Virus record (IMG/VR): IMGVR_UViG_3300020020_000026
Span: 1 to 64,000 of that record
Strand: one strand, 5' to 3'
DNA: 64,000 nucleotides
Source: a virus
The notes under the pieces are model-generated. The model saw nothing but the letters and a program-made list of their open reading frames with translations, made no database searches and was not told the origin of the DNA. The position numbers and the translations under genes were made by a program. Numbering within the stretch: the first letter of the stretch is position 1; every line of letters begins with the position of its first letter. This document shows positions 1 through 9,082 of this stretch, one piece after another.

Positions 1-34
1 CTTGCATTTATTCCTATCGGTATTTATTATTATT

Positions 35-500
35 CCCCCCTGGCCCCGGTGGGCTCGCCCCGCCCCTGGGGTGCCCGCCCATTCGTTTCAATAGCTTAGT
101 CCTCATTTTAGAACCTCTGAATACTTAAACGCATCCACGGCCTTCCTACAGCCTCGATACCCCACCCTCTGCAACCCATTGATCTATATAGCTTATTTTG
201 ACCCATCTAAGCGCTGATTACGTGTCTAATACCTCAATGATATCAATAGGTTAGGCCAGTACCCCCATATGGAACTTGGGTAGAGAAAACTATTCTCTAG
301 GGTTCCACAATGAGGTTGTGTCCGAAGCGGCCCTAATGGAACAACAACTTTTAGTTTAGTGTTTAAATTATTGAATAATATCAATAACTTATTCAATGCT
401 ACTATTCCTAATATGGCATGAACGCAACCAGTAGAGCCATAGTGAATACGAGCAAATTAACTATGTATATCAGGTACATAGCCCTATTGCTCATGGTTTC
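35..500. other. Probable packaging/terminus (cos/pac) region with IHF-like sites
   Basis: Non-coding and AT-rich, directly downstream of the HNH gene. WATCAA-N4-TTR matches at 241-253 (TATCAATAGGTTA) and 379-391 (TATCAATAACTTA), near match at 86-98; GC-rich tract at 35-80. Confidence 0.5.
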
Positions 501-503
501 CTC

Positions 504-827
504 CTAGGGCAACCTAGACTTCCAGAAGGGGTGGTTTTGCTGATCTATAGGAAAACCATCCTCGCCTATGTCAGAACGGAACCCTCTCTGTTCCTGGAAC
601 TTCTTCCCTGATTCATGGCAGTTCCTGCAGAGCGATTGCAGGGCACCTAGCCAGAACTCGTTCCAGTTCCCCTTATGTGGAACCACATGGTCAGCGACGA
701 TGGCCGGAACCACTAAACCCTTTTGCAGACAGTACGCGCAAAGGGGATGTTCCTGCATCTGAAAATTATGACGCTTGCGCCAGCGCCCTAGCTGATACCA
801 ATCGCGATAATTCTGGGACCGCTTCAT
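504..827 (-). CDS. HNH endonuclease (HK97 gp74-like terminase-associated nuclease)
   Basis: PLCAYC...VADHVVPHKG...LQSLCRNCH motif; position next to the presumed terminus in an HK97-type phage. Confidence 0.85.
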   Translation of the reverse strand: MKRSQNYRDWYQLGRWRKRHNFQMQEHPLCAYCLQKGLVVPAIVADHVVPHKGNWNEFWLGALQSLCRNCHESGKKFQEQRGFRSDIGEDGFPIDQQNHPFWKSRLP

Positions 828-1024
828 CGTTTTAAGGCACCTCTGGTGCGTTATTTCGAGCGGAGGCTAGGGTGGCACAGGCGAAGCGCTTTAAGCGCCT
901 CTGTGAGTGCCGCCAGGGCAGGCACCGGAAAATCGACGCGGGGGATTGTGCTGTGCGCGCCGCTTTTTTGCACTGTCCTGGCGACCTGGGAGGCGAAGCA
1001 AAAACCAAGCTCCGCCATAACGAG

Positions 1025-1041
1025 TAGGACAACTTGTCCTA
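1025..1041. promoter_or_regulatory. 17-bp palindromic operator-like site TAGGAC-AACTT-GTCCTA
   Basis: Perfect 7-3-7 palindrome, extendable to 1021-1045; the same motif recurs at 23015 and 58939 and over early promoters. Confidence 0.65.
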
Positions 1042-1055
1042 TTCGAGGTGCTGAA

Positions 1056-1598
1056 TTAACCCAGAAATCGACGGTTCCCACGTTGACGCATAAGTGTTTC
1101 GCGCCTTCTGCGCAAGCTATCTCTGGTATGCCTCTCGGCTTCAGACACAAGATCGTCAGTGGCGATGCTGATCTTGACCATGGAACCCAGCATATCGATC
1201 AGCACCATTTCGCGGTCGCGGGCGCTCATTCCGGTGTGGATCACCACCCTATACTTTAGTGTACCTCGCAGCACAGACAGCTTTTCACCTGGTCGAAAGC
1301 GTGGAGGTTCGGGGAGCTGCACCAGACCTCCTAGCTCCTGGGAGCGCCATGACGCGATGACCTCATCAGACAATTTTGCGGGCGCTTCGCCTCGCATCAG
1401 AATTGTACGCACGCCGACTGTGTTTTTTATTTCTGACCAGTAGGGCGTTGCGACGACGAAAATGTAGCTTGGAAAAAGCGGTTTTATTTTTCCGGTTGGT
1501 GCTTTGAATTGCGGAAAATATGGTTCGTGTTCTGCAAGGTGTTCTGCAGCGAAGGCTTCACGTTGCGGATTTGTCTGCACCACAAACCATGCATTCAT
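1056..1598 (-). CDS. nusG: NusG-family transcription antitermination factor (NGN + KOW), probable late antiterminator
   Basis: MNAWFVVQTNPQRE...PLFPSYIFV...IKNTVGV (NGN) and FRPGEKLSVLRG (KOW). Start reassigned to ATG 1598; occupies the lambda Q position. Confidence 0.85.
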   Translation of the reverse strand: MNAWFVVQTNPQREAFAAEHLAEHEPYFPQFKAPTGKIKPLFPSYIFVVATPYWSEIKNTVGVRTILMRGEAPAKLSDEVIASWRSQELGGLVQLPEPPRFRPGEKLSVLRGTLKYRVVIHTGMSARDREMVLIDMLGSMVKISIATDDLVSEAERHTRDSLRRRRETLMRQRGNRRFLG

Positions 1599-1777
1599 TT
1601 TTTCTCTTCCAGGCACGAATGTTTTTTCATGTCGTCTGGAAGCGGCCCTTCGCACCCAAGCATGGTCATGATGGGACGCCCGGCAATGCGATGCGCCTGC
1701 ACCACTGAACAGTTCGGCGCGTGCGCCAGCGTTTTTCCTGGTTCTTTGTCGTCTTCAGTCAGCGCGATATTGATCAT
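1595..1777 (-). CDS. Small His/Cys protein (paralogue of 1774-1962)
   Basis: MINIALTEDD...AHAPNC...LPDDMKKHSCL; overlaps both neighbours by 4 nt. Confidence 0.65.
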   Translation of the reverse strand: MINIALTEDDKEPGKTLAHAPNCSVVQAHRIAGRPIMTMLGCEGPLPDDMKKHSCLEEKK

Positions 1778-1962
1778 CGCCGCCTTCCTCGCAGGCATGA
1801 ATGCACAACGCAATTATCCGGCAGTTGCGTGCCTTCTTCGTAATCCAGCGCTTTGACGGATCGCTTGTTGTCTTGATCCTGTTTCACCATTGGGCAGTCT
1901 GCCGCGTGAGCGGTGACGCCTCCGCCTTCCTCTTCGGTCAGCATCAATTTAAGCGTCGCCAT
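1774..1962 (-). CDS. Small His/Cys protein (paralogue of 1595-1777)
   Basis: MATLKLMLTEEE...AHAADC...LPDNCVVHSCL; GGAGG RBS upstream. Confidence 0.65.
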   Translation of the reverse strand: MATLKLMLTEEEGGGVTAHAADCPMVKQDQDNKRSVKALDYEEGTQLPDNCVVHSCLRGRRR

Positions 1963-2146
1963 TTTGCGCCTCCCTTGCGTAGTACTGTTTGCACCACTCA
2001 TCGATATCATCCTGAGTGAAGCCGCGCTTGGTCATGTCGCGTTCGAAGGTTTCGCGGTCGATCCTGTCGGACCCATAGAGCGATAAAAGCCGATCCATCA
2101 TCTCGAATTTGGTTTGCTTGGGTGCAGGCTGGTTACGTTTTTTCAT
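1949..2146 (-). CDS. Hypothetical protein
   Basis: MKKRNQPAPKQ..., GGAG RBS, overlaps neighbours. Confidence 0.55.
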   Translation of the reverse strand: MKKRNQPAPKQTKFEMMDRLLSLYGSDRIDRETFERDMTKRGFTQDDIDEWCKQYYAREAQNGDA

Positions 2147-3146
2147 TGGAGCTTCTCCAGTAATGATCGCCATGACGCAGGGCCATTTTCCATCGCTCTG
2201 TATCTCGATCAAATCTCTGCCAAGCCTCTGCTGTAATTTTATCGTATGACCCGTGAGCCGCCACAAGCTCCTGCAAATTAGGCGATTGCTTTTCCAGCGC
2301 CATCCATTCTGCTTCTGCTTTTTCCAGAGCCTCTTGTTGGGCACGCGCGTATAATTCAACGCGCTGCCTCTCGGCTATTTCGGCTCTGAATTTTTCCTTC
2401 TCGGCTTCTTCTTCGGCGCGAACCTTGTGCCACGCCTCTCGCATCAATTCCTTGTCGGCTTCTGTTTTAGCTTCCTTTCCTGCCCTGATTATATCCTCTT
2501 CCATTCTCGCTAATTCGGCTTCCTTGAGCCGCATCATCTCTTCCATTTCAGCTTTCCGCTTAGCTTCTTCCCTTGCGGCCAACTCAGCCGCCTGGGCCTG
2601 ACGGACAGACAATGGCGGATAGACCCAGCGACGCTGCGCACTATGCAGCACGATAGACTTGAACCTATCCTCATCCAGGTTGATTGAATCCCAATATCTG
2701 GACAGGTCTATTTCGAGCGTGCAAAGCCCGCGCGCGTGGATCAGCTCGATCTTTGATTTTGGCACGGGGTGCGTGACGTGAATTTCGATAGCAACATCCT
2801 CGTCGCCAAAGTGAGCCAGCACATCAGGACGAAGATCGCCTAGGGAGATTTCCTGCTCGGCGCTTAGCATAGCCCCAAAGGAATAGCCGTCAGGAAAAAA
2901 CACGCTCAGCTCATCGCAGATGATCTGCTTCGCGAACTTGTGCATGGCGGTTTCACGTCCACCTCCGCAATGGTCGCTGTGGTGCCGGAAGTGATGCTGC
3001 AACTTCTCGCCCTTAACGGCGACCAGCGACACCTGGCACTCCGGGCAGATGCAGTCGCAGGCCAGCCCTCGGACCACGCTTTGAACGGACACGATGCGCC
3101 GGTTATCGGCCCGCATTCCAAACGGAACTTTGATGTCGGCGGTCAT
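2133..3146 (-). CDS. CoiA-like PD-(D/E)XK nuclease with N-terminal Zn finger and C-terminal coiled coil
   Basis: CICPEC...HHFRH...C...ETAMHKFAK; RPDV...AIEIHVTH nuclease motif. Confidence 0.75.
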   Translation of the reverse strand: MTADIKVPFGMRADNRRIVSVQSVVRGLACDCICPECQVSLVAVKGEKLQHHFRHHSDHCGGGRETAMHKFAKQIICDELSVFFPDGYSFGAMLSAEQEISLGDLRPDVLAHFGDEDVAIEIHVTHPVPKSKIELIHARGLCTLEIDLSRYWDSINLDEDRFKSIVLHSAQRRWVYPPLSVRQAQAAELAAREEAKRKAEMEEMMRLKEAELARMEEDIIRAGKEAKTEADKELMREAWHKVRAEEEAEKEKFRAEIAERQRVELYARAQQEALEKAEAEWMALEKQSPNLQELVAAHGSYDKITAEAWQRFDRDTERWKMALRHGDHYWRSSNEKT

Positions 3147-3249
3147 TCAGTTCCTCGTTTTTTGCATAACTCGATTTTTCTCCGCCTTATTTCACGATCT
3201 TGCGGACCGTCCTTAAATACTTCAACAAAATCAACGGCACCGGGAAAGT

Positions 3250-3440
3250 AGGGACGATCAGGGACGTTCCGCTCCTATAGACCCTGAATCCGCTATATCA
3301 CCCTCTATACCCCTCTTTCTTCATTAAGGGTCTTCTTTAATATAGAACGTCCCTAACGTCCCTACTGTACCTAAGTACAGACCACTATTGGTTTTTTGTG
3401 AGGGACGATCACTTTCCGTAGCCGTCCCTCGACCGTCCCT
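3250..3440. repeat. Probable replication origin: AGGGACG iterons in both orientations
   Basis: AGGGACG at 3250, 3260, 3401; CGTCCCT at 3348, 3357, 3423, 3434; AT-rich core; directly after the primase-VirE stop. Confidence 0.65.
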
Positions 3441-5577
3441 AATTTGAGGGAGCTATGCCATTTCGCTCCCACATCCGCTGCCCTCCAGTGCCGCGTTTGG
3501 CCGCTCGACGCCATCCCAGGCTCGACATGATGGCCATGATCCGGTTCTGGTCGCGCTTGGGAAACTGGCCTATCCGATCCTTGACGATGAGGCCGGACTC
3601 CATAGCGGTCTGAAGCACTGTCGTTTTGGTGACGGTCTTGAGGTAGTCTTCGATGGGCTGCTCCCAGATATCGCTTTCGTAGCGCTTGGCCTGTTCCGGC
3701 ATTGCATGCTGTTTTTCGAATTCGGCTGTGGGCCACCATTGGGTGCCAGCACGAAAGAGGGCGACGGCTTCAGCAAAAAGTTGATCGCGGTCGCTCACCA
3801 ATTTTTCGACTGCGATCTTTACGGTTCGCACGGGCCAAAACCTTCGGCCGCCGGTCTCGTCGCGCAGATACTCGTCCTTATTTGTGGTGCCAACGAAAAT
3901 GCACTGGCGCGGTTCGACCGTTTCAGTTCGGCCATAAGGTGGACGAAAGCGCTCGACTGTTCGTGAGATAAAAGATTTTAGCAGCGACGCTTCGGCCTTC
4001 GACATAGCGTGCAGCTCTGCAACTTCGATCAGCCATTTGCCGCGCAGATGCTGTGACGTTTCCTTGCCTGCACCAATGTCCGGTAGGCTATCGCTGAACC
4101 AATCGTCGCCAGCGAGAACACGACACGCTGTTGATTTGAGTGTGCCCTGCTCGCCCTCAAGCACCAGCATATGATCGCCCTTGCATCCAGGCACAAAAAT
4201 GCGAGCGACAAGGCTGATGAAAAACATTCGACCGACGCCTGCCGCATACACTGAATTCTCTGCACCAAAATAAGTGTGCATGCATGTCTCAAGTCTCGGC
4301 ACGCCATCCCAGGCCAACCGATTGAGATAATCCCGCACCGGATGAAAACTGCACTGGCGTGATCGCACGTCGATACCCTGATGCACGGTGTCACGACCCA
4401 ATCGGCGCATGCCCTGCCATTGCAGATATTCCTGGACGACGGCCATGTCGGCATCGTTGACCTGGCGCACGACAAAGTCGGCATCCTCACGAAACAGCGG
4501 CTTCATCAGCATCGCGGTGCAGCTCATCTCATTGAACGCGAACGCATCGCGGAAGGCTTCATCCTTGCGTAGCGCGAGCAGCACGTTGCCGATGTTGCTC
4601 GCCATCTCGGTCTTGCTTCCCATTGCCTGTCCAGCCCATAATCCACTGTCTGCTTTTTCCGGCGGCTTCCAGTCCGCGCATCCGTTGATCAGCACATAGA
4701 GCTTCTCGACTGAGCCGCCGCTGACCATCCAATCCGACACGTCGCCCTTATCGGGCATTGCAGGCCAGTCGTGCCATAGCTCCAGGACGCGGACCCGCTT
4801 GGCTACGCCATAGAGCGAGCGCGCGATATCTTGCGCGTGATCCTGCCCAGGAAGGATCGGTCGCCCATCGGGATGAAACAGCAGTTCGCCGGTCTTGGGG
4901 TGCTTCTTCTGCGGGTCGCGATCAGGAACGATGACGATATCGTAATCCTTGAAATACTCTGACAGCTCATCGTGCCACTTGCCTGCGCCGCCAAGGTTGG
5001 TCGTCGCGGGAACGCCCATCGCCCATAAACGATCAGCATCCTTTTCGCCTTCAACGATCAGGACGACGCGGTCGGCCACCTCCAACAGCTCGGGGAATTT
5101 GTAGGGCACCTGACGGACGCCCTTGACGCTCCAGACCCATCCGCCTTTGATCTTGTCGGGCGGATCGGTCGGCAGTGGCCTGCGGCGCTGCCGGAAGTCT
5201 TTCGGCTCCATGCGGCAGACCTGGGAGAGCAAAGCGCCGCCCTCATCGCAGTAGTCGTAGGTCGCCACGATTTCGAAACGCTGGCGCGGAGCCTGGGCAG
5301 CTCCGCCGTCATGGGTCTCGAAGACGAAGCCCTTGCTCTTCAGCCACTCGAAGCGAGCGCCGCCCTTCAGCTTTGTCTCGCGCTCCACCAGGTCGAGCGC
5401 ACCGCCACCCTGGCTCTCCTGGTGGTCGTACCAAGTGCCCTTCACCAGATCGATGGACAGCGAGCCCTTGGAGCCGTAACGCCATTCCTTGTCGGAGGAG
5501 TACGCGGGGTTGGGATCACCAAAGAAGTGTTTGGCGAGCGGTCCAATGATGGCTGCAAATTCGGACGCTGCCGCCAT
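3439..5577 (-). CDS. DNA primase (TOPRIM) - VirE/VapE helicase fusion
   Basis: VLIVEGEKDAD...IVPDRD TOPRIM motif; LEGEQGTLKST Walker A; FVGTTN...DETGGRRFWPV VirE signature. Confidence 0.9.
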   Translation of the reverse strand: MAAASEFAAIIGPLAKHFFGDPNPAYSSDKEWRYGSKGSLSIDLVKGTWYDHQESQGGGALDLVERETKLKGGARFEWLKSKGFVFETHDGGAAQAPRQRFEIVATYDYCDEGGALLSQVCRMEPKDFRQRRRPLPTDPPDKIKGGWVWSVKGVRQVPYKFPELLEVADRVVLIVEGEKDADRLWAMGVPATTNLGGAGKWHDELSEYFKDYDIVIVPDRDPQKKHPKTGELLFHPDGRPILPGQDHAQDIARSLYGVAKRVRVLELWHDWPAMPDKGDVSDWMVSGGSVEKLYVLINGCADWKPPEKADSGLWAGQAMGSKTEMASNIGNVLLALRKDEAFRDAFAFNEMSCTAMLMKPLFREDADFVVRQVNDADMAVVQEYLQWQGMRRLGRDTVHQGIDVRSRQCSFHPVRDYLNRLAWDGVPRLETCMHTYFGAENSVYAAGVGRMFFISLVARIFVPGCKGDHMLVLEGEQGTLKSTACRVLAGDDWFSDSLPDIGAGKETSQHLRGKWLIEVAELHAMSKAEASLLKSFISRTVERFRPPYGRTETVEPRQCIFVGTTNKDEYLRDETGGRRFWPVRTVKIAVEKLVSDRDQLFAEAVALFRAGTQWWPTAEFEKQHAMPEQAKRYESDIWEQPIEDYLKTVTKTTVLQTAMESGLIVKDRIGQFPKRDQNRIMAIMSSLGWRRAAKRGTGGQRMWERNGIAPSN

Positions 5578-5590
5578 GACCGCCTCTCCC

Positions 5591-6004
5591 TTAGCGTGTC
5601 GGATTGCAGATGCGGGTGTGCTTTACGCAGTAGGGACGCGACGCAGACAGCTCGGCACCAGGAGCGCCGCAGTAGAAATCGCAACTCACCGAATCATGGG
5701 ACCATAGCGGGAAGCGGCACCGTGTATCGGTCAATTGCCAAATCGTGCAACTGTAATCCCTGTCTTTCACAGGCCCGGCCTTCGGCGCTCTAGGCATGGG
5801 CTTCCTGGCTTTGGCAAACACAACGGGTGGGGGCTTCGGCTTCTTGACCGCGCGCGGGACGAACCCGGATCGGTGCGCCCTGCCGATCACTGCATTGCGG
5901 GAGCAGCCCAGGTCGTTCGCAATTTCGGTAAAGCTCATGCCGTTCTTGTAGAGCGACAACAACCGCGATGCCCGCTCCTCGGTCCAGGCGAACTCGACTA
6001 CCAT
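5591..6004 (-). CDS. gcrA: GcrA-family transcriptional regulator
   Basis: WTEER...LYKNGMSFTEIANDLGCSRNAVIGRAHR and LTDTRCRFPL...FYCGAP...PYCVKH match both GcrA domains. Confidence 0.9.
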   Translation of the reverse strand: MVVEFAWTEERASRLLSLYKNGMSFTEIANDLGCSRNAVIGRAHRSGFVPRAVKKPKPPPVVFAKARKPMPRAPKAGPVKDRDYSCTIWQLTDTRCRFPLWSHDSVSCDFYCGAPGAELSASRPYCVKHTRICNPTR

Positions 6005-6540
6005 CCGGTCACTCTCAATCCTTTGTTGAACAACGGACTGACGCGCAGCGCCTGCTTGGGGTCGATCAGCGAGGCCGAGTATGACCAGATCGCGCAGGCG
6101 TCTCCCTCATTGTCGTTCCTCACGTTCCAGCCCAGCGCCTTGCATTGATCCATCACCGCCCGCTTTGCGTTGTCGCGCTGCATGTTGCGGAAGCCGGTGA
6201 AATGTTTGCGCACCTCACCGACGCCGCACTCGCTGATCTCGCCGACACCCCAGCGCCGGGCGCAGCCGCGAATGACGCCGTGCAGGCCAGCCAGGCGGTC
6301 GCGCACCTGGCGCGAGGTCTTGTTGAGCATGGCCTGGGGCGGCAGCATGCTTTCGATGACGACAATCTGCGGCGGGCTCTCGCGCACCATCTCCATCATC
6401 CACTGCAGCGCCTTGGCGAAGACCTGGTTCTGATCCTTGCCCTGGAAGGAGACGGTGCCAAACATCGGCGCATCGTCGCCGACACGGCCGCGCGCATAGC
6501 CAGTGGTCGTTGCAAGATCGATGGCGAGGATTTCGGTCAT
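5998..6540 (-). CDS. RuvC-like Holliday junction resolvase
   Basis: ILAIDLATTTG...VVIE...NDNEGDACAI RNase H-fold motifs; start at ATG 6540. Confidence 0.75.
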   Translation of the reverse strand: MTEILAIDLATTTGYARGRVGDDAPMFGTVSFQGKDQNQVFAKALQWMMEMVRESPPQIVVIESMLPPQAMLNKTSRQVRDRLAGLHGVIRGCARRWGVGEISECGVGEVRKHFTGFRNMQRDNAKRAVMDQCKALGWNVRNDNEGDACAIWSYSASLIDPKQALRVSPLFNKGLRVTGW

Positions 6541-6923
6541 CGTATTCCCCACCCAAGCACACTCATCCATTCGCGAGTTGGATGTGTCAGAAGCCACCAC
6601 ACGACCGGGCTCTCTTCGTTCACCAGTTGCTTTAGGTGGCGCGCATAGCTTTGTGCTTTTCTGCCGTAGACAATTTTACTTTTTGGGAAGCCATCAACGT
6701 CAATCCCGAGATTGATTTCCCTCCAGCGAAGTCGTTTGAGTTCGTTTTCCAGCTCCTTAATGCGGCGCTTCAGGTCCAGCCACATCTCGAAATTGTCACC
6801 GCATTGACTAAATCCCTCATTGTAATACGCAAGCCACAGAGTAGCTTGGCGCACATATTGCTCGGCCAGTTCCTGACTTCTTTGCCGATATTTCGCCGCC
6901 GCTATTTTTTGTTCTTCGCTCAT
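6537..6923 (-). CDS. Hypothetical protein
   Basis: MSEEQKIAAAKY... after GGAGG; coupled to the resolvase gene. Confidence 0.6.
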   Translation of the reverse strand: MSEEQKIAAAKYRQRSQELAEQYVRQATLWLAYYNEGFSQCGDNFEMWLDLKRRIKELENELKRLRWREINLGIDVDGFPKSKIVYGRKAQSYARHLKQLVNEESPVVWWLLTHPTREWMSVLGWGIR

Positions 6924-7114
6924 GTCAATAGCCTCCACCGCATCAATCTCAGCGATAATCGCGTCATCGCGGCTGAAAAGTGCGTCAGAGAAAGCTATAA
7001 GCTGACAAGACGATTGGTAAATAGCATCAGGTGCGTCATGTGCCGCTCTAGACGCGCAGACATGCAACAGGCTGCGTGTAATCCTGTGAGAAGCGTGAAT
7101 CACAGGAGACAAAA

Positions 7115-7744
7115 GTGTTAAAACCGAAAGCAAAATACCAGCGCTACCTGGAAGCGGATTGCTGGAAGATGACGCGGCGCGAGGCGCTGCAGCGCGCGAG
7201 CTATCTTTGCGAGCGATGCCATATGGCGCGAGCCACCCAGGTCCATCACAACGGCTATGCCAGCGTGGGGGTGGAGCGGCCCGAAGACCTGAAAGCGGTG
7301 TGCGACGCATGCCATCGCAAACTTCACGGCTTGGTCGAGGTGCCGAAGGCCGCGAATGACAACCAACAGATCGAGCTGCCAATGTTTCCATGGTCACGGC
7401 TCCCACCGGATGCGGTCGAGCGTGATGGGTCCATTGTACCCCCGGTCAAAAACAAACCAAGCGAAGGCAATGGCAGAGGAAGCGCGCCTGCCGTTCCAGC
7501 CGTCGCGGTGCATCATGGGCAACCGATTGGCAAAGACGTGGACCCGCGCGAGGCACCCCTCGTCCAACAGGTAAGAGCGCCTGACGCTTTCGAGGAACGC
7601 CAGCCGCAACAGGACAATCACCAGGGGCGCACGCTCCAGGCCGGTCGTGATGAACTTCTCGGCAAGCCGGAACGGCGGGTTAGTAACAACGGCATCGGCT
7701 TTGCCAACAAACTCGACCGCTGGCTGAAGGAAGTCGCGGATTGA
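7115..7744 (+). CDS. HNH endonuclease, antisense within the leftward operon
   Basis: YLEADCWK...CERC...QVHH..Y...E..EDL.AVCDACHRKLH; AGGAG RBS before GTG. The C-terminal half overlaps the MTase gene on the opposite strand. Confidence 0.75.
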   Translation: MLKPKAKYQRYLEADCWKMTRREALQRASYLCERCHMARATQVHHNGYASVGVERPEDLKAVCDACHRKLHGLVEVPKAANDNQQIELPMFPWSRLPPDAVERDGSIVPPVKNKPSEGNGRGSAPAVPAVAVHHGQPIGKDVDPREAPLVQQVRAPDAFEERQPQQDNHQGRTLQAGRDELLGKPERRVSNNGIGFANKLDRWLKEVAD

Positions 7745-7969
7745 GCTGTCGGGGCAACCGCGCGCGTTTAGGTCAGTAGCGATGACCTGATGCCCGGCGT
7801 GGCGCAATTCCTCCACGATGTTGCCGGTGCCGCAGCACGGTTCCCAGATGCGCAGCGGCAGGCGCTCGACCTTCATCAGGGCGCGGACTGCGACCGGGGA
7901 GGTATCATAGCAATCGTCCGCATGGTCGCGCGTGGGAGCGCGGCCAGCGTTGGCGGCCTTGTCCAGCAT
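7394..7969 (-). CDS. DNA amino-methyltransferase (N6-adenine type)
   Basis: IWEPCCGTG (SAM-binding motif I), VVTNPPF (motif IV), C-terminal AFAWFVFD. Confidence 0.85.
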   Translation of the reverse strand: MLDKAANAGRAPTRDHADDCYDTSPVAVRALMKVERLPLRIWEPCCGTGNIVEELRHAGHQVIATDLNARGCPDSSIRDFLQPAVEFVGKADAVVTNPPFRLAEKFITTGLERAPLVIVLLRLAFLESVRRSYLLDEGCLARVHVFANRLPMMHRDGWNGRRASSAIAFAWFVFDRGYNGPITLDRIRWEP

Positions 7970-8098
7970 ATTGATCAGCCTATGGAATCGGGCTTTGTCA
8001 GCAACACGACACAAGCCGCGATATGGCCCGAGTCCAAAGCCGAAGGCAAGTGTACAGAGGTGTAGCTTGTGAACTCCGGGGAAGGAAAATCGTCCGCC

Positions 8099-8126
8099 TT
8101 GACGAATCGGCCTATCAGTCTAAAAG
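8099..8126 (+). promoter_or_regulatory. Putative sigma70 promoter of the recombination operon
   Basis: TTGACG-N16-TAAAAG in the divergent intergenic region. Confidence 0.4.
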
Positions 8127-8158
8127 TGTGCAAAATTGCATAAACCTGAAAGCGCCGG

Positions 8159-9082
8159 ATGATCGAACGCCGCGAAGTCACGACGCGCGAGGCTTGGTTG
8201 TCCTGGCGCAAAGAGGACATAACAGCCTCGGTCGTTGGAGGTTTGTTTAACTGCCATCCGTACACGACAGCGCTCAGGCTCTACGCCGAAAAACGCGGCA
8301 CCGAATTCGTCTTCGAGGAAAACAACGCGATGCGTCGCGGCCGGTGGCTTGAACCAGCGGTTGGAAAGGCCGTCGAAGAGCTGCGCTCGGCGTGGCGTCT
8401 GGAGCCAGCCCGGCATTATCTGCGCGACCCCGATCTGCGCATTGGTGCAACGCCTGACTTCATCATTCACGGCGACCCGCGCGGCAAAGGCGTCCTGCAA
8501 ACCAAGACCGTCGCGCCTTCCGTTTATGCGCGCGAATGGAATGACGGCGCGGAAGTGCCGCTCTGGATCATTCTGCAAGCGACTGTCGAAGCCATGCTGT
8601 CTGAGGCGGACTTCGTTGCTGTCGCAGCTCTACTAGTAGACGCGCACAACATGGATTGCGTCATCCATGAAATGCCGCGTAACCCGGCCGCCGAAGAAAA
8701 AATAAAGCGGGCGGTCGGGGAATTTTGGCGCAACGTCGAGGAGGGCCGCGAGCCTGAGCCCGACTTTGCGCGCGATGCCGACACCGTCAAGGCGATGTGG
8801 AAGCGCGAGGCAACGCCGCCTGTCGAGATCGACCTGTCGAGCAACAACCGCATCCCATCCTTACTGGAGCAGCGCACCGCTCTCAACGCAATCATCAAGG
8901 ACCATGAGACCAAGATCGAGGCCATCGACACCGAAATCAAATTCGCGATGAAGGACGCGGCAGTGGCCACCGGCCTGAACGGTTGGCGAGTGACGTACAA
9001 GACCAGCCACTACAAGGAATACGTTGTGAAGGCGCGCGATACCCGCGTGCTGCGCGTGACTGACCAAAGGGATAAGGCATAA
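8159..9082 (+). CDS. YqaJ/lambda-exonuclease family recombination nuclease
   Basis: REAWLSWRKEDITAS...MRRGRWLEP...IGATPD...QTKT; upstream of RecT. Confidence 0.9.
   Translation: MIERREVTTREAWLSWRKEDITASVVGGLFNCHPYTTALRLYAEKRGTEFVFEENNAMRRGRWLEPAVGKAVEELRSAWRLEPARHYLRDPDLRIGATPDFIIHGDPRGKGVLQTKTVAPSVYAREWNDGAEVPLWIILQATVEAMLSEADFVAVAALLVDAHNMDCVIHEMPRNPAAEEKIKRAVGEFWRNVEEGREPEPDFARDADTVKAMWKREATPPVEIDLSSNNRIPSLLEQRTALNAIIKDHETKIEAIDTEIKFAMKDAAVATGLNGWRVTYKTSHYKEYVVKARDTRVLRVTDQRDKA

Noticed and set aside
8098-8114. Operator copy at the recombination-operon promoter
   Set aside because: Only the right half (GGCCTA) matches; too weak to count.
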